A stretch of 64,000 nucleotides of DNA from a virus (Duplodnaviria; Caudoviricetes), in the IMG/VR virus record IMGVR_UViG_2862963355_000001, positions 4,660 through 68,659 of that record. One strand, given 5' to 3'. A model generated the notes under the pieces. It ran no database searches. It saw nothing but the letters and a program-made list of their open reading frames with translations, and was not told the origin of the DNA. The position numbers were made by a program, and so were the translations under genes. Position 1 is the stretch's first letter, and each line of letters begins with the position of its first letter. Shown here piece after piece: positions 1-9,025 of this stretch.

Positions 1-583
1 CGACGCGCGTGTGGTCGTCGTCGTCCAGGACGCCCTGGTCCACGAGCCCGTCGACGCACGCCTTGAAGCTCGGGTACCAGTTGGCCGGGTCTCTCCTTTG
101 CTGGTCGTCGGGGTGCAGAACGCCGATGATGTGTGCCCGCTCCAGATGCGGCACGCCTCGCGAGGCGGCCCAGGCCGCACGCCGCAGCACCTTGGTGATC
201 TCTGCGCGCCGGTGGTGGTGCAACCGCTGGTTGGAATTGAGGAGCAGCATCCGCGGGGGCATGGCCACCCTGAACTGACGCCCTGGCATCCCGTCGAACC
301 AGTCCGCCATCTCGGCCGCGGGCTTCTGGAGCTGTGGTGTCGCCGGCGGCGTGGCCTCGGCCGGTGCCGCCTCGGGCGCATAGCCGCTCTTTCGCCTGCT
401 GCCCGTTCCAGTGAGAGCCGTCGGGTGCAGGCTGGAGGCGAGGATGAGGCGCTGGCGGGCGCCGGTGGCGGCGTCGGCCACCACGGCGCGCATGTCCCCT
501 TCCTTGTACCGCACGATGCGGATGCGCGCCGTGTCCTGCGGGTGGCAGGCCGCGAAGATGCGGCCGATTCGGATGTGGTTCAT
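1..583 (-). CDS. RusA-like Holliday junction resolvase with an N-terminal extension (3' end truncated by the window)
   Basis: Manual translation from ATG 583, which overlaps the upstream stop: ...LNSNQRLHHHRRAEITKVLR...RRDPANWYPSFKACVDGLVDQGVLDDDDHTRV. Matches the RusA D-x-x-N...K...D-x-L...DD pattern. Not in the ORF track because there is no stop in the window. Confidence 0.7.
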   Translation of the reverse strand, partial: MNHIRIGRIFAACHPQDTARIRIVRYKEGDMRAVVADAATGARQRLILASSLHPTALTGTGSRRKSGYAPEAAPAEATPPATPQLQKPAAEMADWFDGMPGRQFRVAMPPRMLLLNSNQRLHHHRRAEITKVLRRAAWAASRGVPHLERAHIIGVLHPDDQQRRDPANWYPSFKACVDGLVDQGVLDDDDHTRV

Positions 584-804
584 GGGCGTTCCCGGTTCAC
601 CAGTGCGGCCACGGCACGGGCGATGAGGGCGGCTGGCCAGAAAACGATGACAATCGCGAGGTACAGAGCGACTGCGACCGGCTGCAGTTGGGCCGCGAGG
701 CGCAGGAGCGGTTCCTCTTCGAGCAGGGTCGAGATGAAGGCAGTCAAGAAGATGCCTCCGGCGATCCAGCCGAGCAGGAGCAATACAGCGAGCAGTCCAG
801 TCAC
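580..804 (-). CDS. Small two-TM membrane protein
   Basis: GTG start overlapping the upstream stop; two hydrophobic stretches (LLAVLLLLGWIAGGIFL; VAVALYLAIVIVFWPAAL). Confidence 0.6.
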   Translation of the reverse strand: MTGLLAVLLLLGWIAGGIFLTAFISTLLEEEPLLRLAAQLQPVAVALYLAIVIVFWPAALIARAVAALVNRERP

Positions 805-1145
805 GGTTTGGTCTCCCGGTCCGGCTGAACGAGCACGGTTTTCAGCACACCGGCTCGGGCGAGGCGGAGCGCGAGCGAGGCCGCGCGCCCTCTCGGGTGG
901 ACGGCGAACCCCGCGCAGATGGCCGGGGCTTCGGTGCCGAGCGTGTCGTGGCAGACGATGTGACCTTCGTCGGCGACGGCCTTCTTGACCATGCTCGCGA
1001 CTCGCCCGGGATCGAGGTTCATGAGGTTGCCCGGCCGGAAGATGCATGTGGCGCAGCGGTCCGCGCAGACCCGCACGCTCCATGTGGCCGGGTCGGCAAC
1101 GTCGTGGCGCAGCCCGTCAGCTGAGTACGTGGCGGAGGTGTTCAC
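801..1145 (-). CDS. Cys/His-rich hypothetical phage protein, possibly metal-binding
   Basis: CADRCATC...VCH...IC motifs; GTGA overlaps on both sides. Confidence 0.6.
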   Translation of the reverse strand: MNTSATYSADGLRHDVADPATWSVRVCADRCATCIFRPGNLMNLDPGRVASMVKKAVADEGHIVCHDTLGTEAPAICAGFAVHPRGRAASLALRLARAGVLKTVLVQPDRETKP

Positions 1146-1579
1146 CGGCCGGCTCCCGGCGTGGCCGCGAGCACGGCTTCCCCAGTCGCCGCGAGGAGCG
1201 TGTGCATGCACGCGGGCCACAACTCGGGGTCCTTGGAGGTGAAGGCTGCCTGGTAGAGGGCCAGGGCCGTGTCGGTGTCGTTATTGAGAAAGGCGGCGAT
1301 GAAGCGCGCGGCGAATAGGTGGTGGGGCGGGACGGTGTCCTCCGGGCGGGAACCATCGAGGGTCCGGATGCCCCAGAAGGACGTGTGTGTCTGCTGGCCG
1401 TGCATCTTCGTCAGGGCGGCCTTGGCCACCGTGGCGATGCCGCAGGCGACGCCGTACATCATGGAGGGCGTCTGTGTCTGGGCCAGCTCGGCGAGGATCT
1501 GCACGGACTCCTCGTGACGGCCCTCCACCCAGTGGCTGACGGCTTCCCAGACCCGGTCCGATATCTCCTCGTGCGTCAC
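1142..1579 (-). CDS. Hypothetical phage protein
   Basis: 145-aa ORF with normal composition, translationally coupled to its neighbours. Confidence 0.65.
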   Translation of the reverse strand: MTHEEISDRVWEAVSHWVEGRHEESVQILAELAQTQTPSMMYGVACGIATVAKAALTKMHGQQTHTSFWGIRTLDGSRPEDTVPPHHLFAARFIAAFLNNDTDTALALYQAAFTSKDPELWPACMHTLLAATGEAVLAATPGAGR

Positions 1580-1755
1580 TGCGCTGCTCCGTTCTTCGGC
1601 TCGGGGTGATCGGTGGTGGCCAGGTGGTGGAGTGCGGCGGCCAAGGCGCCCGGGGACTGCGGCTGGTGGCCGTGGTAACGCAGCGCCGGCGTGATCACGG
1701 CGCAGTGAGCGTCGGCCTTCGGGGCCGCATACGGGTATTGGTGCAGGGTGGGCAC
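1576..1755 (-). CDS. Small hypothetical protein (59 aa)
   Basis: Manual ORF MPTLHQYPYAAPK...KNGAAQ; fills the gap and its stop overlaps the next start. Confidence 0.35.
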   Translation of the reverse strand: MPTLHQYPYAAPKADAHCAVITPALRYHGHQPQSPGALAAALHHLATTDHPEPKNGAAQ

Positions 1756-1810
1756 TGGGCTCTCCGGGATCAGACGCCGCCCCGGCGGTGGCCGGGGCGG
1801 CGTCGGCAGG

Positions 1811-2143
1811 TCAGGTGCGGGGCGTCTTGGGCGCCTTCTTGATGGCGCTGCCGTGTTGCGGGAGCGCCTTGGTGCCGTCGACCAGGGCCTTGAACGACGC
1901 TCCGGGCCGGAAGCGGACCGCGCGGGTGGCCTGCACCTGCACTCTTTCGCCGGTCTGCGGGTTGCGAGCGAACCGCGCCGGGCGCTCCACAGGCGCGATG
2001 GAGCCGAACCCGGTCACGCGGACGCTCTTGCCGTCGGCGACAGCGCGCACGATGGAGTCGAAGACCGCTTCGACCGCCTCGGCTGCGGCGGCGCGAGAGC
2101 CGAGCTTGGTGGCGACGTCCTCTATGAGGAGGTTCTTATTCAT
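1811..2143 (-). CDS. hup: HU family histone-like DNA-binding protein
   Basis: MNKNLLIEDVATKLG...VTGFGSI...ARNPQTGE...VRFRPG, the HU/IHF signature. Confidence 0.93.
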   Translation of the reverse strand: MNKNLLIEDVATKLGSRAAAAEAVEAVFDSIVRAVADGKSVRVTGFGSIAPVERPARFARNPQTGERVQVQATRAVRFRPGASFKALVDGTKALPQHGSAIKKAPKTPRT

Positions 2144-2187
2144 GGCTTTCCTTGCTGTGAGTTGGGAGATGGGTCGGTGGCCGGACG

Positions 2188-2574
2188 TCAGGCCGCGGGT
2201 TCCTTGAGGGCGAGCGCCCAGTGGTTGGCGGCCGGAGGCACCTGGGCGACGGCCCGGGGCACGTAGGCGACGGCCTCGACGGGGATGTCCGCGTAGTCGC
2301 CGTAGGTGCGGCGGCACAGGTTGCCTTGGGGAGTCGGCGTCGGGTCGGTGTGCGAGTCGGGATCACTGCTGCCGATCAGGTGCGCCCACCGTTCGTAGAC
2401 ACCGTCCTCGGGCTTGTACATGAGCAGCCGAACCCCGGCGCTGTACTCCCCGTTGTCGTGGTGAATGGGGGCGAACTCGATGCGGGGTGCGGGCAGATCG
2501 GGGTTGAGCTGGGCAATGAGCGCCACGGCCGCAACAGGGCCGAGGAGTTCGCGCATCGATCGGTCTTCAAGCAC
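2188..2574 (-). CDS. Hypothetical protein
   Basis: 128-aa co-oriented ORF with protein-like composition. Confidence 0.55.
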   Translation of the reverse strand: MLEDRSMRELLGPVAAVALIAQLNPDLPAPRIEFAPIHHDNGEYSAGVRLLMYKPEDGVYERWAHLIGSSDPDSHTDPTPTPQGNLCRRTYGDYADIPVEAVAYVPRAVAQVPPAANHWALALKEPAA

Positions 2575-2596
2575 GGGGTGTCTCTCCTTCGATGGA

Positions 2597-3049
2597 TCAG
2601 GCGACGTTGGGGAGTTCGAGCTGCTGCGCGTCGTCCTCGGCGTCCAGCGGGTTGGGGCCGGGCTGGTAGAAGGGCTCGCACCGGGGGCACTGCTGCTCGA
2701 CAGCTCGTCGGTGGGCCCGGGACCCGGCGGCGGTGCCGCACGACTTGCGGATCACCGGAGGCGGAAGCTCGGAAGGGTCGGCGTCCGGGAGGGCGTGGAC
2801 GATCACGCCGTTGAGCCAGATCCGGCCGCCGCACACGCCGTCGAACTCGTTCTTGGCCGGGACGACCTGTTTGATGCAGGCGGCCCGGAACGGGCAGCCG
2901 CCGCAGACGTACAGGACGGGTTCGCAGATGGCGACCAGGTCCTTACCTGTCTTCCAGCGGCTGTCGGCTACGGCGAAGTCGGGATCGCCCCAGCACGGGG
3001 CGTGGCCGGTGACGTGGGTACCGGGCAGTGCACTGCGAGATCCGGTCAC
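2597..3049 (-). CDS. WhiB-like Fe-S transcription regulator with a C-terminal Cys/His module
   Basis: C...CGGCPFRAAC (C-x2-C-x5-C) and GVCGG (variant of G[VI]WGG); C-terminal CGT..H..CxxC. Confidence 0.8.
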   Translation of the reverse strand: MTGSRSALPGTHVTGHAPCWGDPDFAVADSRWKTGKDLVAICEPVLYVCGGCPFRAACIKQVVPAKNEFDGVCGGRIWLNGVIVHALPDADPSELPPPVIRKSCGTAAGSRAHRRAVEQQCPRCEPFYQPGPNPLDAEDDAQQLELPNVA

Positions 3050-4542
3050 AGGACGGGCTCCAATCGCTGGCCTATCCACCTGGCGACGTTCACGGAAACC
3101 GCGTTGCCTGCCTGCATGGTCTGTTCAGCCTGGTTGCCGTAGACCACGTACTTCGCAGGGAACCGCTGCCCTTCGAGCTGTTCGCGAGGCTTGAGCATCC
3201 GGAAGTAGCAGTCGTCGATGCTCGGGGCGCTGCGCACGAGGGCGGCCGAGTCGCGGGTGGAAAGGGTGTGGACGGGTTCGGCGGCCGTCTTCACCGCGGC
3301 CTTGCGGTACGGCACGACGAGGGTGTTCCGTGCCCGCTCGGGCACTCGGCTGGCGTGGGTGACCAGGCCGTGGTGATTGCCCTGGGCAGTGACTCCGCTG
3401 AGCGGGTGGCTCGCGGGGCTGGCCGTGGCGTTGTTGCGGTACTCGACGATGAACGGGTCCACCGTCACTAGGGCTTCACTTTCGCGCGTGGTGCGGGTCC
3501 GCAGCGGCACGTCGACGGGGACGGCGTCGGTGTTCCATGAGCCGCCGGTCGGCACCAGGAGCGCGTCACCCTGTTTGGCCGTCCGTGTGGGAAGCGGCCG
3601 GTCCTCGACCGCGTAAGCCCTGTCTCCGCCGTCCTTGCCGTGGGTGAGCGTGATCGAGCTGGGGCGGTAGGGAAACTTGAGGAGGCCCGCGCGGATACGG
3701 TCCATCGTCGTGTCCACGAGGGGCTTCTTGCGGTCGCCGATCCGGGTCCCGAGGTCGTCCCAGTTGATGATGTCGCTGGCCGGGCGGACGTATGGCTCGA
3801 CCATGGCGTGTCGGCAGCGGGTGTTGGGGCAGCGGTAGATGTAGTCGCGCCGGTACTTCCCGATGCGTACGCCTTCGACGTTCCAGGTCTGAATGGCGTG
3901 CACGTCCTCGCCGCAGTCCACGCACGGCGCGAGCGGCCTGGGCTCCAGGTCTGGCTTGCGCATGACCTTGAGGGTGAAGACCACGTACATCCGGTCGCGC
4001 CACTGAGGGGCGCGCAGGTTGACGTCGTCGCCGATGTGCGCGCTGCTGACGCACACGATCTGGTACTGGTAGCCGAGCAGTTCCATGGCTTCGAGCCACT
4101 TCGGGAACAAGATCCAGTCGAGGCCGAACTCGACGACGTTCTCGACGACGATCGCCTTGAATCGTTTGGCCTCGGCGGCGCGTACGACGCACCAGCCGGT
4201 GACGCGGGTCCGTTCGAAGGCGTCCTTGGTGAGGGCCTCCCACTCCTCGCCCTCCTCGAGCAAGTCGAGCAGGTCGATCTGGTTGGTCTCGCGGCGCCGC
4301 CCGCCGGCCGGACTGATCTCGGTGCAGATGACCGATGCCCACAGGACATCGGCGTTGGGCAGGTAGCGCATCGGGAAACCCGAGATGTCGATGCACGCGT
4401 GATCGGCATTGCGGTGATTGGCAGCGTGCGTGTCGATAGCGAGCTGCCAGTGGTTGATGCCGAGGATCAGTTCGTGACCGGCTTCGACAAGCCCGGTGCT
4501 GCTGCCGCCCGCGCCACACAGCAGGTCGATGACTGTGGCCAT
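3046..4542 (-). CDS. DNA (cytosine-5) methyltransferase
   Basis: Motif I DLLCGAGG, catalytic WASVICT, motif VI ENV, motif VIII QWRDR, motif X GNAVS. Confidence 0.9.
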   Translation of the reverse strand: MATVIDLLCGAGGSSTGLVEAGHELILGINHWQLAIDTHAANHRNADHACIDISGFPMRYLPNADVLWASVICTEISPAGGRRRETNQIDLLDLLEEGEEWEALTKDAFERTRVTGWCVVRAAEAKRFKAIVVENVVEFGLDWILFPKWLEAMELLGYQYQIVCVSSAHIGDDVNLRAPQWRDRMYVVFTLKVMRKPDLEPRPLAPCVDCGEDVHAIQTWNVEGVRIGKYRRDYIYRCPNTRCRHAMVEPYVRPASDIINWDDLGTRIGDRKKPLVDTTMDRIRAGLLKFPYRPSSITLTHGKDGGDRAYAVEDRPLPTRTAKQGDALLVPTGGSWNTDAVPVDVPLRTRTTRESEALVTVDPFIVEYRNNATASPASHPLSGVTAQGNHHGLVTHASRVPERARNTLVVPYRKAAVKTAAEPVHTLSTRDSAALVRSAPSIDDCYFRMLKPREQLEGQRFPAKYVVYGNQAEQTMQAGNAVSVNVARWIGQRLEPVL

Positions 4543-4613
4543 GGTGGTGTGCTTCTCCAAGAGGTTTACGGAGCCCGGCCCCGCGTGGTGGCGGGGCCGG
4601 GCGGCAGCCGGGA

Positions 4614-5096
4614 TCAGTGGGTGCGCAGGCCGCCGTGTGCTCTGGCGCGGCGCAGGAAGGCGATCCAGCGCCTCCACGTCGGGTCACCAACGGGCATCTC
4701 GGCGATCTCCACCTGCGGGTGGGCCTCGTAGGTGGCCAGTGCGGCGCTGATCTCGGCGACGGTGACGAGGAAGCCGTCGCTCCAGGCGAGCTTGTACGCC
4801 GGGATCCCGGTGGGATCGGGCTCGGCGGCGTCCGTGACTGCCTGGTACGCGGCCCGGTATTCGGCGATGCGGGTCGCAGTGGCCTGGTCGGGCTTGGCGC
4901 CGGGTTGAAAGTCCTCACGCTTCAACCCGTAGGCGGCAAGCGTCGGGTAGGACGGGATGGGAAGGTCCACGAGCATCCCGAAATTGCTCATCGCGTCGAG
5001 TGTGCGTGGCATGGCGGTAATCGCGAACCGGAAATAGTTTTCGTCACCTTCGGCGGGCTTGCCGTCAGGGGTCTGGATGTAGATGTCGTATCCCAC
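4614..5096 (-). CDS. Hypothetical phage protein
   Basis: 160-aa ORF preceded by the ACCTCTTGGAG start-associated motif. Confidence 0.7.
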   Translation of the reverse strand: MGYDIYIQTPDGKPAEGDENYFRFAITAMPRTLDAMSNFGMLVDLPIPSYPTLAAYGLKREDFQPGAKPDQATATRIAEYRAAYQAVTDAAEPDPTGIPAYKLAWSDGFLVTVAEISAALATYEAHPQVEIAEMPVGDPTWRRWIAFLRRARAHGGLRTH

Positions 5097-5156
5097 GGGG
5101 TTTCTCCAAGAGGTCTGCGGCTGCCCGGCCCGGCGTCAGGCCGGGCCGGGCAGCGT

Positions 5157-5312
5157 TCAGCGGTGGGCGGCGTGTCGGTGGTGCTGTTCGCCGCAGGTGG
5201 TGCATCGCGGGAGCCGGTTACGGGCCTCCCAGCGCAGTTCGTCGACGACGATCACGGCGAGGCCGGCAGCGGCGCCGAGGGCGAGCGCGAGCAACGCGTA
5301 CATGGCGGTCAT
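5157..5312 (-). CDS. Small membrane protein with a C-terminal CxxC/His tail
   Basis: MTAMYALLALALGAAAGLAVIVV...CTTCGEQHHRH; ATGA overlap. Confidence 0.5.
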   Translation of the reverse strand: MTAMYALLALALGAAAGLAVIVVDELRWEARNRLPRCTTCGEQHHRHAAHR

Positions 5313-5527
5313 CGCGTCACCGGCTCGTCGCGCGCCGGGCAGGGCTGCATGAGCTGCATGCAGGCGACCAGCACGGCGTGGGCGTCGTTGGTCTTGAGTG
5401 CGTTGTCCAGCGCGGCCTGGACCTGGGCTCGCTCGTCGGCGTTCTGCACGTGGGCGATCACGCAGTTGCACGGGCGATTGATGGTCTCCTCGGCCGTACG
5501 CGGCTGGCCCGCTTCCGTGCCGGGCAT
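5309..5527 (-). CDS. Small hypothetical protein
   Basis: 72-aa ORF coupled to both neighbours. Confidence 0.5.
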   Translation of the reverse strand: MPGTEAGQPRTAEETINRPCNCVIAHVQNADERAQVQAALDNALKTNDAHAVLVACMQLMQPCPARDEPVTR

Positions 5528-6180
5528 CAGGCGGTGACCTGACCGACGTGGGCGAGGTAGACGGTGGCGACCTCGCAGTTCTTCTCCCAGACCGTGAGCG
5601 GCCAGTCAGTTCCGCCCTGCTCGTGAATGCACCGCCAACCGTTCTGCATCAGGTCGTGGGTGGCGTAGCCGTACTCCTTGACCGCCGCGTGGCGGTCATC
5701 GAAGGGGCCCTGGATGAGCTTGCTGATGGGCTTGTGCTTCTTCGTCACTCCGTCGATCTGGACGGACATGAGGTCGATGAGCCGGGGAGCGAGGTGCCGC
5801 TCGGTGACGAAGGCGGTGATGGCCTGGACGAGGGGGACGACGTTGTTGCCGTGCTGCGAGTGCTCGCCGTCCTCGGTGGAGTTGTAGACCATCTCGTCGA
5901 TGGTCGGGTTGTCCTCGTGGCCGCGCCTGACGTGCCAGCCCTCGACCTTGTTGGGGTCGAGGGGCAGTTCCTCGACCGAGGAGATCCACAGGTGCGATCC
6001 GTCGGTGAGTTGTGCGGTGATGCCGAACATGCCGCCGGAGATTTCGACGTCGGTGACGAGCGGGATGCGACGGAGCGCGGTGATGACCGGCTCGTAGGCG
6101 TTCCACAGCTTGCGCCACAGCGGGTCGTCGGTGTTGTCGTGCACGGGCATCGGGGCCATCTGCGCGAGGTCGTTGCTCAC
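5527..6180 (-). CDS. Hypothetical phage protein
   Basis: GTG start 8 nt downstream of the ACCTCTTGGAG motif; protein-like composition. Confidence 0.7.
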   Translation of the reverse strand: MSNDLAQMAPMPVHDNTDDPLWRKLWNAYEPVITALRRIPLVTDVEISGGMFGITAQLTDGSHLWISSVEELPLDPNKVEGWHVRRGHEDNPTIDEMVYNSTEDGEHSQHGNNVVPLVQAITAFVTERHLAPRLIDLMSVQIDGVTKKHKPISKLIQGPFDDRHAAVKEYGYATHDLMQNGWRCIHEQGGTDWPLTVWEKNCEVATVYLAHVGQVTA

Positions 6181-6260
6181 GTGGTTCTCTCCAAGAGGTC
6201 TTGTGCCGCTCAACAGTACAGAGTTGGGATCTATTTGGAAACGGATTGAAACGACTGCAG

Positions 6261-6689
6261 CTAGCAGCCGGAGGGCCGCCGGCGCTCCCCCCGGGCCCCT
6301 CGGGCAACGGCGGTCAGGACCGCGAGTTCGTCGGCGCGCCCCTTGGCCGCGTCGGCGATGTGCTGCGCCTGGTGGGCGAGGCTGCGCGCCTGCATGAGGG
6401 CGTGGTGGCTGTCGCGGGGGTCGAGGTGGATCTCCGCGCCGCCGAGCTCGTCGAGGAGTTCACCGACGATCTCGTCCCGCACATGCTCGGCATGACCGAG
6501 ACCGTCGAGGGCGCGCTCACGCTCAGCCTGATCCTTGAGGTCGGCGATCTGGATGAGCATGTCCCCGATCCCCTCGGGGTCTTCGCGGTAGAGGTCGGCG
6601 AGGGTGCAGATCTGCTCGTGAGCGGCGGCGCTGCCGTCGAGCACGAGCGCGCCCTTGTGTTCGCGGCGAAGGGTGGGCAGGTAGCTCAT
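6261..6689 (-). CDS. Hypothetical helical protein
   Basis: MSYLPTLRREHK... with a GAAGGA RBS, downstream of a conserved promoter motif. Confidence 0.6.
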   Translation of the reverse strand: MSYLPTLRREHKGALVLDGSAAAHEQICTLADLYREDPEGIGDMLIQIADLKDQAERERALDGLGHAEHVRDEIVGELLDELGGAEIHLDPRDSHHALMQARSLAHQAQHIADAAKGRADELAVLTAVARGARGERRRPSGC

Positions 6690-6731
6690 GTCGTCCTTCC
6701 GGTTCGAGGGAGCCCTTCCCCCTCTTTCCGG

Positions 6732-6747
6732 TTCTATTCTATATGCA
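6732..6747 (-). promoter_or_regulatory. Conserved promoter/operator motif A, copy 1 (minus strand TGCATATAGAATAGAA)
   Basis: Identical 16-mer at 6732, 10646 and 59050; contains a TAGAAT -10 with TGGACA 16 nt upstream. Confidence 0.75.
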
Positions 6748-6792
6748 ATACCAGGGATGTCCAGATTCCTGGCGGAATATTCGTTCGGGCGC

Positions 6793-7773
6793 CTAAGTTT
6801 TTTTCTGCCTGCGGGCCTTGGACTGAAGCACCGCCTCACGCGCAGCCCTGCGGGCGGCCTCCACCGACTCCGGGCGCTCCTCGACCTGTTGGCGGCGACC
6901 GGCCGCATCCTCGTGCCACTCATCCCAGAAACGACCGTGCGCCTGGTGCTCCGCCGCCTTGGCTTCATCCCGCTCCCTCTCACGTCCTGCGCGCGGGTTG
7001 GTACCGCACCCACGGCAGGAGGCAGCAGGGCGCCCACGATGCCTTGCACAGCCCTTCTGTGGCTCCTCGCGATCCGGCGTCGGGGGGCCTGTCGGAGCGG
7101 GCGCGGGCTCCCCTACGGCGTCAGCCGTGGGGGTAGGGGGGAAAGGAAGGACAGAGGAAGAACCAGGAAAGGAAGGGGTTTCACCGCTGGAACCCAGTGG
7201 GTTCCCCCCGTGAAACTCATCGGGTTCCACCGGTGGAACCCGACCCTCTGGCCCCTCCGGGTTCCCCCCGTGGAACCCTGCCTCTTCCTCTGGGTTCCCC
7301 CCGTGGAACCCTGCTCCCACCTGCGGCTTTGCGGCCTTCTGCCGCCGTTCAGCCTCACGGGCTTCGACGTCCTGATACGTCATCGCGGGCTTGGCCGGAG
7401 CCGAACGCACCACCCCGGAGCGGGCTTTGCGGGGGTTCTTGGGGGCGGCCTTGCGCGACTCCGCAGCCGCCTTGAGTTCCGGCGTGGTCGGCGTGGGCGG
7501 TACGCCGAGCGGGAAGACCCGGTAGACCGCAGCGCGGCCCGCCTTACCGGTCTCGACACGTTCGACGAGCCCCTTGGCTATCAGCTCCGTGACGATGGTG
7601 ATGGCGCGCTTGTCGGTCACGCCGACCCAGGCGGCAAGGCGAGTCAGGCCGGGCCGCGCGAGGCGCGTCTCATCGTCGGCGCTGTCCGCGATCTTCATGA
7701 GGGCGAGTTTCTGGCTCTGGCTAAGCACGTCGGGCGGCAAATACGCCGCGGCGATCATCAGTTGGATGGACAC
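6793..7773 (-). CDS. Phage replication initiator-like protein (N-terminal winged HTH)
   Basis: N-terminal HTH (PGLTRLAAWVGVTDKRAITIVTELIAKGLVER), central repeats (FHGGNP x3), C-terminal C-x2-H...CxxC; sits beside the recombination genes. Confidence 0.7.
   Translation of the reverse strand: MSIQLMIAAAYLPPDVLSQSQKLALMKIADSADDETRLARPGLTRLAAWVGVTDKRAITIVTELIAKGLVERVETGKAGRAAVYRVFPLGVPPTPTTPELKAAAESRKAAPKNPRKARSGVVRSAPAKPAMTYQDVEAREAERRQKAAKPQVGAGFHGGNPEEEAGFHGGNPEGPEGRVPPVEPDEFHGGNPLGSSGETPSFPGSSSVLPFPPTPTADAVGEPAPAPTGPPTPDREEPQKGCARHRGRPAASCRGCGTNPRAGRERERDEAKAAEHQAHGRFWDEWHEDAAGRRQQVEERPESVEAARRAAREAVLQSKARRQKKT
7176..7311. repeat. Five 20-bp imperfect palindromes GGGTT(C/T)CNCCNNTG(G/A)AAC(C/T)C; putative replication-origin iterons
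   Basis: Copies at 7176, 7199, 7222 (perfect palindrome GGGTTCCACCGGTGGAACCC), 7259 and 7292, inside the initiator gene and next to a purine-rich tract at ~7131-7175. Confidence 0.75.
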
Positions 7774-7863
7774 GGTTCCCCTTGGGCGGTACGAGCACGG
7801 CGGCAGGACGGGGCGCCCCGCCCGTCGTTCACGGGCGGGGCTGAGAGGTCATGGGTTCCGGGG

Positions 7864-8994
7864 TCAGGCCGGCCCGACGTTGATGACCGGAGCCGTCTTC
7901 TTGCCGGTCTTCCGCCGTGGGACGGGCAACCCCGCCGCCTTGAGGTTCTTGACCATGCGATCCGCGTCCGGCTTCATCGGCACCGGGATGCCGGCGACCT
8001 CGTGGAGGTCGACCATCGCCTCGACGTCGTCCTTCTCCTCGTCGTTCCCGCCGCGCCAGGAAAGCCTGTTGGGTCCGTAGATTCCGGCCGGGGACTGGTC
8101 CAGCTTCTTGCGTGCGAACTTCTTAATCCGGTCGCCCTCGCTGGCGAGTTCGTGTCCCTTCACGTAGTCGATGAGCGCCTGCTCGCGGTCGGCGTCGTTG
8201 TGAATGAGTGCCGTCTGCTCGGGCACGCCCGGAGCTGTCCCCGGCCAGCACAGGGAACGGAACGGGCAGTAGTCGCAGATGGCGTCCAGGCCCGGCCCGT
8301 TGAAGTCGCGCGGCATCTCTTCGGGGTCGCTGGTCTCGCGCACGCGCTCCACCCACCACTGGGCCTCGGCAGCCCGCTGGGGGTCGAAGTCGATCTCCTG
8401 GATGTGCTCCGCGCCGCTGTCGCGGTTGATGAAGCGGAAGCGGATGCGGCCGATGTCCAGTGGCCCCAGGCGGGATAGGTATCGCTGGCCGGGTACGTCC
8501 TCGAACCCCTCCTCGTGCAGCGCGCCCGCGTAGAGGTGGACCTGCCGCAGCTCGGCGGCCGTGGCGCCGTAGCGGAGGACTCGGTCCCACATGTACGTGG
8601 ACTTCGTCTTCACGTCCTCCACGGTGAGCACGTCGGCGGGTATCGCCGGTCTGTGCCGGGCAGGCAGGCGAGCGGCTGTCGTCGCGTCGAGCTGGACGAC
8701 ATCGACGTGCCCCCGGATCAGGTCGTCCTGGACACTCCGCTCAACCAGCCATCCGTACTCCGTGCGCGCCGACTCCAGCAGGCCGTAGTGGATGAACGTG
8801 CCGAGGATCGCGGCGCGCTTGTCGGCGTGATCGGTCGGAGTCACGCCGTGCAGGATGTACGCGGCGCGTCGGCCGCACACGGTGTCGGATGCCCCGAGCT
8901 GGGTCTGAAGAGAGCGGGGGCGGCGGGCGTCGACGTCGTGAGCGGCACCCCAGATGGAGGGCGCGACACCGTCAACGGTGGTGGCTACAGACAT
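7864..8994 (-). CDS. PD-(D/E)XK exonuclease (RecE/Cas4-like phage recombination nuclease)
   Basis: GHVD...VEDVKTK nuclease motif; Cys cluster (N-terminal C, C-terminal CDYCPFRSLC). Confidence 0.8.
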   Translation of the reverse strand: MSVATTVDGVAPSIWGAAHDVDARRPRSLQTQLGASDTVCGRRAAYILHGVTPTDHADKRAAILGTFIHYGLLESARTEYGWLVERSVQDDLIRGHVDVVQLDATTAARLPARHRPAIPADVLTVEDVKTKSTYMWDRVLRYGATAAELRQVHLYAGALHEEGFEDVPGQRYLSRLGPLDIGRIRFRFINRDSGAEHIQEIDFDPQRAAEAQWWVERVRETSDPEEMPRDFNGPGLDAICDYCPFRSLCWPGTAPGVPEQTALIHNDADREQALIDYVKGHELASEGDRIKKFARKKLDQSPAGIYGPNRLSWRGGNDEEKDDVEAMVDLHEVAGIPVPMKPDADRMVKNLKAAGLPVPRRKTGKKTAPVINVGPA

Positions 8995-9025
8995 GGGAGT
9001 TCTCCAAGATGTGAGTGCGGGCCGG

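Noticed and set aside
7176-7311. Palindromic 20-bp repeats as a mini CRISPR array
   Set aside because: Spacers are only 3-17 bp, the repeats lie within a coding region, and there are no cas genes; iterons fit better
6688-8478. 596-aa plus-strand ORF, and similarly long plus-strand ORFs such as 42317-43531, 51919-53760 and 57845-59239
   Set aside because: Antisense shadows of well-supported minus-strand genes. Long stop-free antisense frames are expected in high-GC DNA, and the translations show no motifs
7864-8994. Cas4-like nuclease as evidence of CRISPR-Cas
   Set aside because: Its context next to the AAA ATPase and initiator indicates a phage recombination exonuclease; no array or cas1/cas2
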